Shown here in pieces: positions 13,701-27,800 of a stretch of DNA of 64,000 nt. Where the stretch lies: positions 620,001 to 684,000 of the forward strand of contig OZ176056.1 in assembly GCA_964247055.1 (NCBI GenBank). The letters run 5' to 3'. Origin of the DNA: Paragordius varius (taxonomy: Eukaryota; Animalia; Nematomorpha). The translations under genes were made by a program, and so were the position numbers. The notes under the pieces are model-generated. The model worked only from the letters and a program-made list of their open reading frames with translations. It did no database searches and was not told the DNA's origin. Each line of letters begins with the position of its first letter. The first letter of the stretch is position 1.

Positions 13701-15499
13701 ATCATTAGTCAAGTCTTTGTCCTTAAAAATCGGATATTGGTCACAGGTGAACAAAATTATTTTTTATACATTATCTTAGTAGGACTACATCAAAATATAG
13801 AGATAGTTTGACAAACTCTTTCATATCCGATTTTTACAGCGATACTTTAAAAAATAATGTATAAAAGTAGTCGCATCAATACTCAAGTTAAACTTTGTCC
13901 GTAAAAATCGGATATTGGTCACCGGTTAACAAAACTATTATTTATACATTCTCTTAGTAAGACTACATCAAAATATAGAGATAGTTTGACAAACTCTTTC
14001 ATATCCGATTTTTACAGCGATACTTTAAAAATTAATTTATAAAACTAGTCGCAAAAATACTCAAGTTAAACTTTGTCCTTAAAATCGGATATTGGTCGCC
14101 GCTAAAGAAAATTATTTTTTGTACATTCTCTTAGTAGGACTACATCAAAATATAGAGATAGTTTGACAAACTCTTTCATATCCGATTTTTACAACGATAC
14201 TTTAAAAATTAATGTATAAAACTAGTCGCATCATTAGTCAAGTCTTTGTCCTTAAAAATCGGATATTGGTCGCCGGTAAAGAAAATTATTTTTTATACAT
14301 TCTCTTAGTAGAACTACATCAAAATATAGAGATAGTTTGACAAACTCTTTCATATCCGATTTTTACAACGATACTTTAAAAAATAATGTATAAAACTTGC
14401 CGCATCATTAGTCAAATTAAATTGTCCTTATAAATCTGATATTGGTCACCGGAACAAAATTAATTTTTATACATTCTCTTAATAGGACTACATCATAATA
14501 TAAAGATATTTTAACAAATTCTTTCATATCCGATTTTTACAACGATACTTTAAAAAATAATGTATAAAAGTAGTCGCATCAATACTCAAGTTAAACTTTG
14601 TCCTTAAAAATCGGATATTGGTCACCGGTTAACAAAACTATTTTTTATACATTCTCTTAGTAGGACTAGATCAAAATATAGAGATAGTTTGACAAACTCT
14701 TTCATATCCGATTTTTACAGCGATACATTAAAAATTAATGTATAAAACTAGTCGCATCAATACTCAAGTTAAACTTTGTCCTTAAAAATCGGATATTGGT
14801 CACAGGTGAACAAAATTATTTTTTATACATTATCTTAGTAGGACTACATCAAAATATAGAGATAGTTTGACAAACTCTTTCATATCCGATTTTTACAGCG
14901 ATACTTTAAAAATTAATGTATAAAACTAGTCGCATCAATACTCAAGTTAAACTTTGACTTAAAAATCGGATATTGGTCACCGGTGAACAAAATTATTTTT
15001 TATACATTTTCTTAGTAGGACTACATCAAAATATAGAGATATTTTGACAAATTCTTTCATATCCGATTTTTAAAACGATACTTTAAAAATTAATGTATAA
15101 AACTAGTCGCATCAATACTCAATTTAAACTTTGTCCTTAAAAATCGGATATTGGTCACAGGTGAACAAAATTATTTTTTATACATTCTCTTAGTAGGACT
15201 ACATCAATATATAGAGATAGTTTGACAAACTCTTTCATATCCGATTTTTACAGCGATACTTTAAAAATTAATGTATAAAAGTAGTCGCATCAATACTCAA
15301 GTTAAACTTTGTCCTTAAAAATCGGATATTGGTCACAGTTGAACAAAATTATTTTTTATACATTATCTTAGTAGGACTACATCAAAATATAGAGATAGTT
15401 TGACAAACTCTTTCATATCCGATTTTTACAGCGATACTTTAAAAATTAATGTATAAAACTAGTCGCATCAATACTCAAGTTAAACTTTGACTTAAAAAT

Positions 15500-16650
15500 C
15501 GGATATTGGTCACCGGTGAACAAAATTATTTTTTATACATTATCTTAGTAAGACTACATCAAAATGTAGAAATAGTTTGACAAACTCTTTCATATCCGAT
15601 TTTTACAACGATACTTTAAAAATTAATGTATTTAACTAGTCGCATCAATACTCAAGTTAAACTTTGTCCTTAAAAATCGGATATTGGTCACCGGTGAACA
15701 AAATTATTTTTTATACATTCTCTTAGCAAGACTACATCAAAATATAGAGATAGTTTGACAAACTCTTCCATATTCGATTTTTACAACGATACTTTAAAAA
15801 TTAATGTATAAAACTAGTCGTATCAATAAATCGCATCAATACTCAAGTTAAACTTTGTCCTTAAAAATCGGATATTGGTCACCGGTGAACAAAATTATTT
15901 TTTATACATTCTCTTAGTAGGACTACATCAAAATATAGAGATGGTTTGGCAAACTCTTTCATATCCGATTTTTACAACGATACTTTAAAAATTAATGTAT
16001 AAAACTAGTCGCATCAATACTCAAGTTAAACTTTGTCCTTAAAAATCGAATATTGGTCACCGGTGAACAAAATTATTTTTTATACATTCTCTTAGTAAGA
16101 CTACATCAAAATATAGAGATAGTTTGGCAAACTCTTTCATATCCGATTTTTACAACGATACTTTAAAAATTAATGTATAAAACTAGTCGCATCAATGCTC
16201 AAGTTAAACTTTGTCCTTAAAAATCGGACATTGGTCACCGGTGAACAAAATTTTTTTTTATACATTCTCTTAGTAAGACTACATCAAAATATAGAGATAG
16301 TTTGGCAAACTCTTTCATATCCGATTTTTACAACGATACTTTAAACATAAATGTATAAGCATCAATGCTCAAGTTAAACTTTGTCCTTAAAAATCGCACA
16401 TTGGTCACCGGTGAACAAAATTATTTTTTATACATTCTCTTCGTAAGACTACATCAAAATATAGAAATAGTTTGACAAACTCTTTCATATCCGATTTTTA
16501 CAACGATACTTTAAAAATTAATGTATTAAAAAAGTCGCATTAATACTCAAGTTAAACTTTGTCCTTAAAAATCGGATATTGGTCACAGGTGAACAAAATT
16601 ATTTAATATACATTCTCTTAGTAGGACTACATCAATATATAGAGATAGTT
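15500..16650 (+). repeat. Island of divergent, non-HOR satellite monomers
   Basis: About 6-7 consecutive monomers carry private changes not seen elsewhere by eye: AAAATGTAGAAATA, TAGCAAGAC, CTCTTCCATATTCG, a 13-bp insertion at 15818-15830, GATGGTTTGGC, CAATGCTC, CGGACATT/CGCACATT, an 8-bp deletion near 16358 and TTCGTAAG. Confidence 0.85.
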
Positions 16651-17729
16651 TGAGAAACTCTCTCATATCCGATTTTTACAGCGATACTTTAAAAATTAAT
16701 GTATAAAAGTAGTCGCATCAATACTCAAGTTAAACTTTGTCCTTAAAAATCGGATATTGGTCACCGGTTAACAAAACTATTTTTTATACATTCTCTTAGT
16801 AAGACTACATCAAAATATAGAGATAGTTTGACAAACTCTTTCATATCCGATTTTTACAGCGATACTTTAAAAATTAATTTATAAAACTAGTCGCAACAAT
16901 ACTCAAGTTAAACTTTGTCCTTAAAATCGGATATTGGTCGCCGCTAAAGAAAATTATTTTTTGTACATTCTCTTAGTAGGACTACATCAAAATATAGAGA
17001 TAGTTTGACAAACTCTTTCATATCCGATTTTTACAACGATACTTTAAAAATTAATGTATAAAACTAGTCGCATCATTAGTCAAGTCTTTGTCATTAAAAA
17101 TCGGATATTGGTCGCCGGTAAAGAAAATTATTTTTTATACATTCTCTTAGTAGAACTACATCAAAATATAGAGATAGTTTGACAAACTCTTTCATATCCG
17201 ATTTTTACAACGATACTTTAAAAATTAATGTATAAAACTTGCCGCATCATTAGTCAAATTAAATTGTCCTTATAAATCTGATATTGGTCACCGGAACAAA
17301 ATTAATTTTTATACATTCTCTTAATAAGACTACATCATAATATAAAGATATTTTGACAAATTCTTTCATATCCGATTTTTACAACGATACTTTAAAAAAT
17401 AATGTATAAAAGTAGTCGCATCAATACTCAAGTTAAACTTTGTCCTTAAAAATCGGATATTGGTCACCGGTTAACAAAACTATTTTTTATACATTATCTT
17501 AGTAGGACTACATCAAAATATAGAGATAGTTTGACAAACTCTTTCTTATCCGATTTTTACAGCGATACTTTAAAAATTAATGTATAAAACTAGTCGCATC
17601 AATACTCAAGTTAAACTTTGACTTAAAAATCGGATATTGGTCACCGGTGAACAAAATTATTTTTTATACATTTTCTTAGTAGGACTACATCAAAATATAG
17701 AGATATTTTGACAAATTCTTTCATATCCG

Positions 17730-20700
17730 ATTTTTACAGCGATACTTTAAAAATTAATGTATAAAACTAGTCGCATCAATACTCAAGTTAAACTTTGTCC
17801 TTAAAAATCGGATATTGCTCACAGGTGAACAAAATTATTTTTTATACATTATCTTAGTAGGACTACATCAAAATATAGAGATAGTTTGACAAACCTTTCA
17901 TATCCGATTTTTACAGCGATACTTTAAAAATTAATGTATAAAACTAGTCGCATCAATACTCAAGTTAAACTTTGTCCTTAAAAATCGGATATTGGTCACA
18001 GGTGAACAAAATTATTTTTTATACATTATCTTAGTAGGACTACATCAAAATATAGAGATAGTTTGACAAACCTTTCATATTCGATTTTTACAACGATACT
18101 TTAAAAATTAATGTATAAAACTAGTCGCATCAATACTCAAGTTAAACTTTGTCCTTAAAAATCGGATATTGGTCACAGGTGAACAAAATTATTTTTTATA
18201 CATTATCTTAGTAGGACTACATCAAAATATAGAGATAGTTTGACAAACCTTTCATATCCGATTTTTACAGCGATACTTTAAAAATTAATGTATAAAACTA
18301 GTCGCATCAATACTCAAGTTAAACTTTGTCCTTAAAAATCGGATATTGGTCACAGGTGAACAAAATTATTTTTTATACATTATCTTAGTAGGACTACATC
18401 AAAATATAGAGATAGTTTGACAAACCTTTCATATCCGATTTTTACAACGATACTTTAAAAATTAATGTATAAAACTAGTCGCATCAATACTCAAGTTAAA
18501 CTTTGTCCTTAAAAATCGGATATTGGTCACAGGTGAACAAAATTATTTTTTATACATTATCTTAGTAGGACTACATCAAAATATAGAGATAGTTTGACAA
18601 ACCTTTCATATCCGATTTTTACAGCGATACTTTAAAAATTAATGTATAAAACTAGTCGCATCAATACTCAAGTTAAACTTTGTCCTTAAAAATCGGATAT
18701 TGGTCACAGGTGAACAAAATTATTTAATATACATTCTCTTAGTAGGACTACATCAATATATAGAGATAGTTTGAGAAACTCTCTCATATCCGATTTTTAC
18801 AGCGATACTTTAAAAATTAATGTATAAAACTAGTCGCATCAATACTCAAGTTAAACTTTGTCCTTAAAAATCGGATATTGGTCACAGGTGAACAAAACTA
18901 TTTTTTATACATTATCTTAGTAGGACTACATCAAAATATAGAGATAATTTGACAAACTCTTTCATATCCGATTTTTACAACGATACTTTAAAAATTAATT
19001 TATAAAACTAGTCGCATCAATACTCAAGTTAAACATTGTCCTTAAGAATCGGATATTGGTCGCGGATAAAGAAAATTATTTTTTATACATTCTCTTAGTA
19101 GGACTACATCAAAATATAGAGATAGTTTGACAAACTCTTTCATATCCAATTTTTACAACGATACTTTAAAAATTAATGTATAAAACTAGTCGCATCATTA
19201 GTCAAGTCTTTGTCCTTAAAAATCGGATATTGGTCGCCGGTAAAGAAAATTATTTTTTTACATTCTCTTAGTAGGACTACATCAAAATATAGAGATAGTT
19301 TGACAAACTCTTTCATATCCGATTTTTACAACGATACTTTAAAAATTAATGTATAAAAGTAGTCGCATCAATACTCAAGTTAAACTTTGTCCTTAAAAAT
19401 CGGATATTGGTCACCGGTTAACAAAACTATTTTGTATACACTCTCTTAGTAGGACTACATCAAAATATAGAGATAGTTTGACAAACTCTTTCATATCCGA
19501 TTTTTACAGCGATACTTTAAAAATTAATGTCTAAAACTAGTCGCATCAATACTCAAGTTAAACTTTGTCCTTAAAATCGGATATTGGTCGCCGCTAAAGA
19601 AAATTATTTTTTATACATTCTCTTAGTAGGACTACATCAAAATATAGAGATAGTTTGACAAACTCTTTCATATCCGATTTTTACAACGATACTTTAAAAA
19701 TTAATGTATAAAACTAGTCGCATCATTAGTCAAGTCTTTGTCCTTAAAAATCGGATATTGGTCGCCGGTAAAGAAAATTATTTTTTATACATTCTCTTAG
19801 TAGGACTACATCAAAATATAGAGATAGTTTGAGAAACTCTCTCATATCCGATTTTTACAGCGATACTTTAAAAATTAATGTATAAAACTAGTCGCATCAA
19901 TACTCAAGTTAAACTTTGTCCTTAAAAATCGGATATTGGTCACAGGTGAACAAAATTATTTTTTATACATTATCTTAGTAGGACTACATCAAAATATAGA
20001 GATAGTTTGACAAACCTTTCATATCCGATTTTTACAGCGATACTTTAAAAATTAATGTATAAAACTAGTCGCATCAATACTCAAGTTAAACTTTGTCCTT
20101 AAAAATCGGATATTGGTCACAGGTGAACAAAATTATTTTTTATACATTATCTTAGTAGGACTACATCAAAATATAGAGATAGTTTGACAAACCTTTCATA
20201 TTCGATTTTTACAACGATACTTTAAAAATTAATGTATAAAACTAGTCGCATCAATACTCAAGTTAAACTTTGTCCTTAAAAATCGGATATTGGTCACAGG
20301 TGAACAAAATTATTTTTTATACATTATCTTAGTAGGACTACATCAAAATATAGAGATAGTTTGACAAACCTTTCATATCCGATTTTTACAGCGATACTTT
20401 AAAAATTAATGTATAAAACTAGTCGCATCAATACTCAAGTTAAACTTTGTCCTTAAAAATCGGATATTGGTCACAGGTGAACAAAATTATTTTTTATACA
20501 TTATCTTAGTAGGACTACATCAAAATATAGAGATAGTTTGACAAACCTTTCATATCCGATTTTTACAACGATACTTTAAAAATTAATGTATAAAACTAGT
20601 CGCATCAATACTCAAGTTAAACTTTGTCCTTAAAAATCGGATATTGGTCACAGGTGAACAAAATTATTTTTTATACATTATCTTAGTAGGACTACATCAA

Positions 20701-21830
20701 AATATAGAGATAGTTTGACAAACCTTTCATATCCGATTTTTACAGCGATACTTTAAAAATTAATGTATAAAACTAGTCGCATCAATACTCAAGTTAAACT
20801 TTGTCCTTAAAAATCGGATATTGGTCACAGGTGAACAAAATTATTTAATATACATTCTCTTAGTAGGACTACATCAATATATAGAGATAGTTTGAGAAAC
20901 TCTCTCATATCCGATTTTTACAGCGATACTTTAAAAATTAATGTATAAAACTAGTCGCATCAATACTCAAGTTAAACTTTGTCCTTAAAAATCGGATATT
21001 GGTCACAGGTGAACAAAACTATTTTTTATACATTATCTTAGTAGGACTACATCAAAATATAGAGATAATTTGACAAACTCTTTCATATCCGATTTTTACA
21101 ACGATACTTTAAAAATTAATTTATAAAACTAGTCGCATCAATACTCAAGTTAAACATTGTCCTTAAGAATCGGATATTGGTCGCGGATAAAGAAAATTAT
21201 TTTTTATACATTCTCTTAGTAGGACTACATCAAAATATAGAGATAGTTTGACAAACTCTTTCATATCCGATTTTTACAACGATACTTTAAAAATTAATGT
21301 ATAAAACTAGTCGCATCATTAGTCAAGTCTTTGTCCTTAAAAATCGGATATTGGTCGCCGGTAAAGAAAATTATTTTTTTACATTCTCTTAGTAGGACTA
21401 CATCAAAATATAGAGATAGTTTGACAAACTCTTTCATATCCGATTTTTACAACGATACTTTAAAAATTAATGTATAAAAGTAGTCGCATCAATACTCAAG
21501 TTAAACTTTGTCCTTAAAAATCGGATATTGGTCACCGGTTAACAAAACTATTTTTTATACACTCTCTTAGTAGGACTACATCAAAATATAGAGATAGTTT
21601 GACAAACTCTTTCATATCCGATTTTTACAGCGATACTTTAAAAATTAATGTATAAAACTAGTCGCATCAATACTCAAGTTAAACTTTGTCCTTAAAATCG
21701 GATATTGGTCGCCGCTAAAGAAAATTATTTTTTATACATTCTCTTAGTAGGACTACATCAAAATATAGAGATAGTTTGACAAACTCTTTCATATCCGATT
21801 TTTACAACGATACTTTAAAAATTAATGTAT
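17730..21830 (+). repeat. 12-monomer (2121 bp) tandem duplication containing a run of five 177-bp monomers
   Basis: The GACAAACCTTTC (1-bp deletion) run starts at 17881 and 20002. TATTCGA (18081/20202) and GAGATAATTT (18941/21062) recur at exactly 2121 bp. Confidence 0.88.
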
Positions 21831-24800
21831 AAAACTAGTCGCATCAATACTCAAGTTAAACTTTGTCCTTAAAAATCGGATATTGGTCACCGGTTAACAA
21901 AACTATATTTTATACACTCTCTTAGTAGGACTACATCAAAATATAGAGATAGTTTGACAAACTCTTTCATATCCGATTTTTACAGCGATACTTTAAAAAT
22001 TAATGTATAAAACTAGTCGCATCAATACTCAAGTTAAACTTTGTCCTTAAAATCGGATATTGGTCGCCGCTAAAGAAAATTATTTTTTATACATTCTCTT
22101 AGTAGGACTACATCAAAATATAGAGATAGTTTGACAAACTCTTTCATATCCGATTTTTACAACGATACTTTAAAAATTAATGTATAAAACTAGTCGCATC
22201 ATTAGTCAAGTCTTTGTCCTTAAAAATCGGATATTGGTCGCCGGTAAAGAAAATTATTTTTTATACATTCTCTTAGTAGGACTACATCAAAATATAGAGA
22301 TAGTTTGAGAAACTCTCTCATATCCGATTTTTACAGCGATACTTTAAAAATTAATGTATAAAACTAGTCGCATCAATACTCAAGTTAAACTTTGTAAAAA
22401 TCGGATATTGGTCACAGGTGAACAAAATTATTTTTTATACATTATCTTAGTAGGACTACATCAAAATATAGAGATAGTTTGACAAACTCTTTCATATCCG
22501 ATTTTTACAGCGATACTTTAAAAAATAATGTATAAAAGTAGTCGCATCAATACTCAAGTTAAACTTTGTCCGTAAAAATCGGATATTGGTCACCGGTTAA
22601 CAAAACTATTTTTTATACATTCTCTTAGTAAGACTACATCAAAATATAGAGATAGTTTGATAAACTCTTTCATATCCGATTTTTACAGCGATACTTTAAA
22701 AATTAATGTATAAAACTAGTCGCATCAATACTCAAGTTAAACTTTGTCCTTAAAATCGGATATTGGTCGCCGCTAAAGAAAATTATTTTTTATACATTCT
22801 CTTAGTAGGACTACATCAAAATATAGAGATAGTTTGACAAACTCTTTCATATTCGATTTTTACAACGATACTTTAAAAATTAATGTATAAAACTAGTCGC
22901 ATCATTAGTCAAGTCTTTGTCCTTAAAAATCGGATATTGGTCGCCGGTAAAGAAAATTATTTTTTATACATTCTCTTAGTAGGACTACATCAAAATATAG
23001 AGATAGTTTGAGAAACTCTCTCATATCCGATTTTTACAGCGATACTTTAAAAATTAATGTATAAAACTAGTTGCATCAATACTCAAGTTAAACTTTGTCC
23101 TTAAAAATCGGATATTGGTCACAGGTGAACAAAATTATTTTTTATACATTATCTTAGTAGGACTACATCAAAATATAGAGATAGTTTGACAAACTCTTTC
23201 ATATCCGATTTTTACAGCGATACTTTAAAAATTAATTTATAAAACTAGTCGCATCAATACTCAAGTTAAACTTTGTCCTTAAAATCGGATATTGGTCATG
23301 GGTGAACAAAATTAATTTTAACACATTCTCTTAATAGGACTACATCATAATATAAAGATATTTTGACAAATTCTTTCATATCCGATTTTTACAACGATAC
23401 TTTAAAAAATAATGTATAAAACTAGTCGCATCATTAGTCAAGTCTTTGTCCTTAAAAATCGGATATTGGTCGCCGGTAAAGAAAATTATTTTTTATACAT
23501 TCTCTTAGTAGGACTACATCAAAATATAGAGATAGTTTGACAAACTCTTTCATATCCGATTTTTACAAAGATACTTTAAAAATTAATGTATAAAACTAGC
23601 CGCATCATTAGTCAAATTAAATTGTCCTTATAAATCTGATATTGGTCACCGGTGAACAAAATTAATTTTTATACATTCTCTTAATAGGACTACATCATAA
23701 TATAAAGATATTTTGACAAATTCTTTCATATCCGATTTTTACAACGATACTTTAAAAAATAATGTATAAAAGTAGTCGCATCAATACTCAAGTTAAACTT
23801 TGTCCTTAAAAATCGGATATTGGTCACAGGTAAACAAAATTATTTTTTTTACATTATCTTAGTAGGACTACATCAAAATATAGAGATAGTTTGACAAACT
23901 CTTTCATATCCGATTTTTACAGCGATACTTTAAAAATTAATGTATAAAACTAGTCGCATCAATACTCAAGTTAAACATTGTCCTTAAGAATCGGATATTG
24001 GTCGCGGATAAAAAAAATTATTTTTTATACATTCTCTTAGTAGGACTACATCAAAATATAGAGATAGTTTGACAAACTCTTTCATATCCGATTTTTACAA
24101 CGATACTTTAAAAATTAATGTATAAAACTAGTCGCATCATTAGTCAAGTCTTTGTCCTTAAAAATCGGATATTGGTCGCCGGTAAAGAAAATTATTTTTT
24201 ATACATTCTCTTAGTAGGACTACATCAAAATATAGAGATAGTTTGACAAACTCTTTCATATCCGATTTTTACAGCGATACTTTAAAAATTAATGTATAAA
24301 ACTAGTCGCATCAATACTCAAGTTAAACTTTGTCCTTAAAAATCGGATATTGGTCACAGGTAAACAAAATTATTTTTTATACATTATCTTAGTAGGACTA
24401 CATCAAAATATAGAGATAGTTTGACAAACTCTTTCATATCCGATTTTTACAGCGATACTTTAAAAATTAATGTATAAAACTAGTCGCATTTATACTCAAG
24501 TTAAACTTTGTCCTTAAAAATCGGATATTGGTCACAGGTAAACAAAATTATTTTTTATACATTCTCTTAGTAGGACTACATAAAATATAGAGATAGTTTG
24601 ACAAACTCTTTCATATCCGATTTTTACAACGATACTTTAAAAATTAATAAAACTAGTCGCATCAATAGTCAAGTTAAACTTTGTCCTTAAAAATCGGATA
24701 TTGGTCACCCGTGAACAAAATTATTTTTTATACATTCTCTTAGTAAGACTACATCAAAATATAGAGATAGTTTGACAAACTCTTTCATATCCGATTTTTA

Positions 24801-27800
24801 CAACGATACTTTAAAAATTAATGTATAAAACTAGTCGCATCAATACTCAAGTTAAACTTTGTCCTTAAAAATCAGATATTGGTCACCGGTGAAAAATAAT
24901 TTTTTAAACATTTTCTTAGTAGGACTACATCAAAATATAGAGATAGTTTGACAAACTATTTCATATCCGATTTTTACAACGATACCTTAAAAATTAATGT
25001 ATAAAACTAGTCGCATCAATACTCAATTTAAACTTTGTCCTTAAAAATCGGATATTGGTCGCCGGTAAAGAAAATTATTTTTTTACATTCTCTTAGTAGG
25101 ACTACATCAAAATATAGAGATAGTTTGACAAACTCTTTCATATCCGATTTTTACAACGATACTTTAAAAATTAATGTATAAAAGTAGTCGCATCAATACT
25201 CAAGTTAAACTTTGTCCTTAAAAATCGGATATTTATCACCGGTTAACAAAACTATTTTTTATACACTCTCTTAGTAGGACTACATCAAAATATAGAGATA
25301 GTTTGACAAACTCTTTCATATCCGATTTTTACAGCGATACTTTAAAAATTAATGTATAAAACTAGTCGCATCAATACTCAAGTTAAACTTTGTCCTTAAA
25401 AATCGGATATTGGTCACAGGTAAACAAAATTATTTTTATACATTATCTTAGTAGGACTACATCAAAATATAGAGATAGTTTGACAAACTCTTTCATATCC
25501 GATTTTTACAGCGATACTTTAAAAATTAATGTATAAAACTAGTCGCATCAATACTCAAGTTAAACTTTGTCCTTAAAAATCAGATATTGGTCACCGGTGA
25601 AAAATTATTTTTTATACATTTTCTTAGTAGGACTACATCAAAATATAGAGATAGTTTGACAAACTATTTCATATCCGATTTTTACAACGATACCTTAAAA
25701 ATTAATGTATAAAACTAGTCGCATCAATACTCAATTTAAACTTTGTCCTTAAAAATCGGATATTGGTCGCCAGTAAAGAAAATTATTTTTTTACATTCTC
25801 TTAGTAGGACTACATCAAAATATAGAGATAGTTTGACAAACTCTTTCATATCCGATTTTTACAACGATACTTTAAAAATTAATGTATAAAAGTAGTCGCA
25901 TCAATACTCAAGTTAAACTTTGTCCTTATAAATCGGATATTTATCACCGGTTAACAAAACTATTTTTTATACACTCTCTTAGTAGGACTACATCAAAATA
26001 TAGAGATAGTTTGACAAACTCTTTCATATCCGATTTTTACAGCGATACTTTAAAAATTAATGTATAAAACTAGTTGCATCAATACTCAAGTTAAACTTTG
26101 TCCTTAAAAATCGGATATTGGTCACAGGTAAACAAAATTATTTTTATACATTATCTTAGTAGGACTACATCAAAATATAGAGATAGTTTGACAAACTCTT
26201 TCATATCCGATTTTTACAGCGATACTTTAAAAATTAATGTATAAAACTAGTCGCATCAATACTCAAGTTAAACTTTGTCCTTAAAAATCGGATATTGGTC
26301 ACAGGTAAACAAAATTATTTTTTATACATTCTCTTAGTAGGACTACATCAAAATATAGAGATAGTTTGACAAACTCTTTCATATCCGATTTTTACAGCGA
26401 TACTTTAAAAATTAATGTATAAAACTAGTCGCATCAATACTCAAGTTAAACTTTGTCCTTAAAAATCGGATATTGGTCACAGTTGAACAAAATTATTTTT
26501 TATACATTCTCTTGGACTACATCAAAATATAGAGATAGTTTGACAAACTCTTTCATATCCGATTTTTACAACGATACTTTAAAAATTAATAAAACTAGTC
26601 GCATCAATAGTCAAGTTAAACTTTGTCCTTAAAAATCGGATATTGGTCACCCGTGAACAAAATTATTTTTTATACATTCTCTTAGTAAGACTACATCAAA
26701 ATATAGAGATAGTTTGACAAACTCTTTCATATCCGATTTTTACAACGATACTTTAAAAATTAATGTATAAAACTAGTCGCATCAATACTCAATTTAAACT
26801 TTGTCCTTAAAAATCGGATATTGGTCGCCGGTAAAGAAAATTATTTTTTTACATTCTCTTAGTAGGACTACATCAAAATATAGAGATAGTTTGACAAACT
26901 CTTTCATATCCGATTTTTACAACGATACTTTAAAAAATAATGTATAAAAGTAGTCGCATCAATACTCAAGTTAAACTTTGTCCTTATAAATCGGATATTT
27001 ATCACCGGTTAACAAAACTATTTTTTATACACTCTCTTAGTAGGACTACATCAAAATATAGAGATAGTTTGACAAACTCTTTCATATCCGATTTTTACAG
27101 CGATAGTTTAAAAATTAATGTATAAAACTAGTTGCATCAATACTCAAGTTAAACTTTGTCCTTAAAAATCGGATATTGGTCACAGGTAAACAAAATTATT
27201 TTTATACATTATCTTAGTAGGACTACATCAAAATATAGAGATAGTTTGACAAACTCTTTCATATCCGATTTTTACAGCGATACATTAAAAATTAATGTAT
27301 AAAACTAGTCGCATCAATACTCAAGTTAAACTTTGTCCTTAAAAATCGGATATTGGTCACAGGTAAACAAAATTATTTTTTATACATTCTCTTAGTAGGA
27401 CTACATCAAAATATAGAGATAGTTTGACAAACTCTTTCATATCCGATTTTTACAGCTATACTTTAAAAATTAATGTATAAAACTAGTCGCATCAATACTC
27501 AAGTTAAACTTTGTCCTTAAAAATCGGATATTGGTCACAGTTGAACAAAATTATTTTTTATACATTCTCTTGGACTACATCAAAATATAGAGATAGTTTG
27601 ACAAACTCTTTCATATCCGATTTTTACAACGATACTTTAAAAATTAATAAAACTAGTCGCATCAATAGTCAAGTTAAACTTTGTCCTTAAAAATCGGATA
27701 TTGGTCACCCGTGAACAAAATTATTTTTTATACATTCTCTTAGTAAGACTACATCAAAATATAGAGATAGTTTGACAAACTCTTTCATATCCGATTTTTA

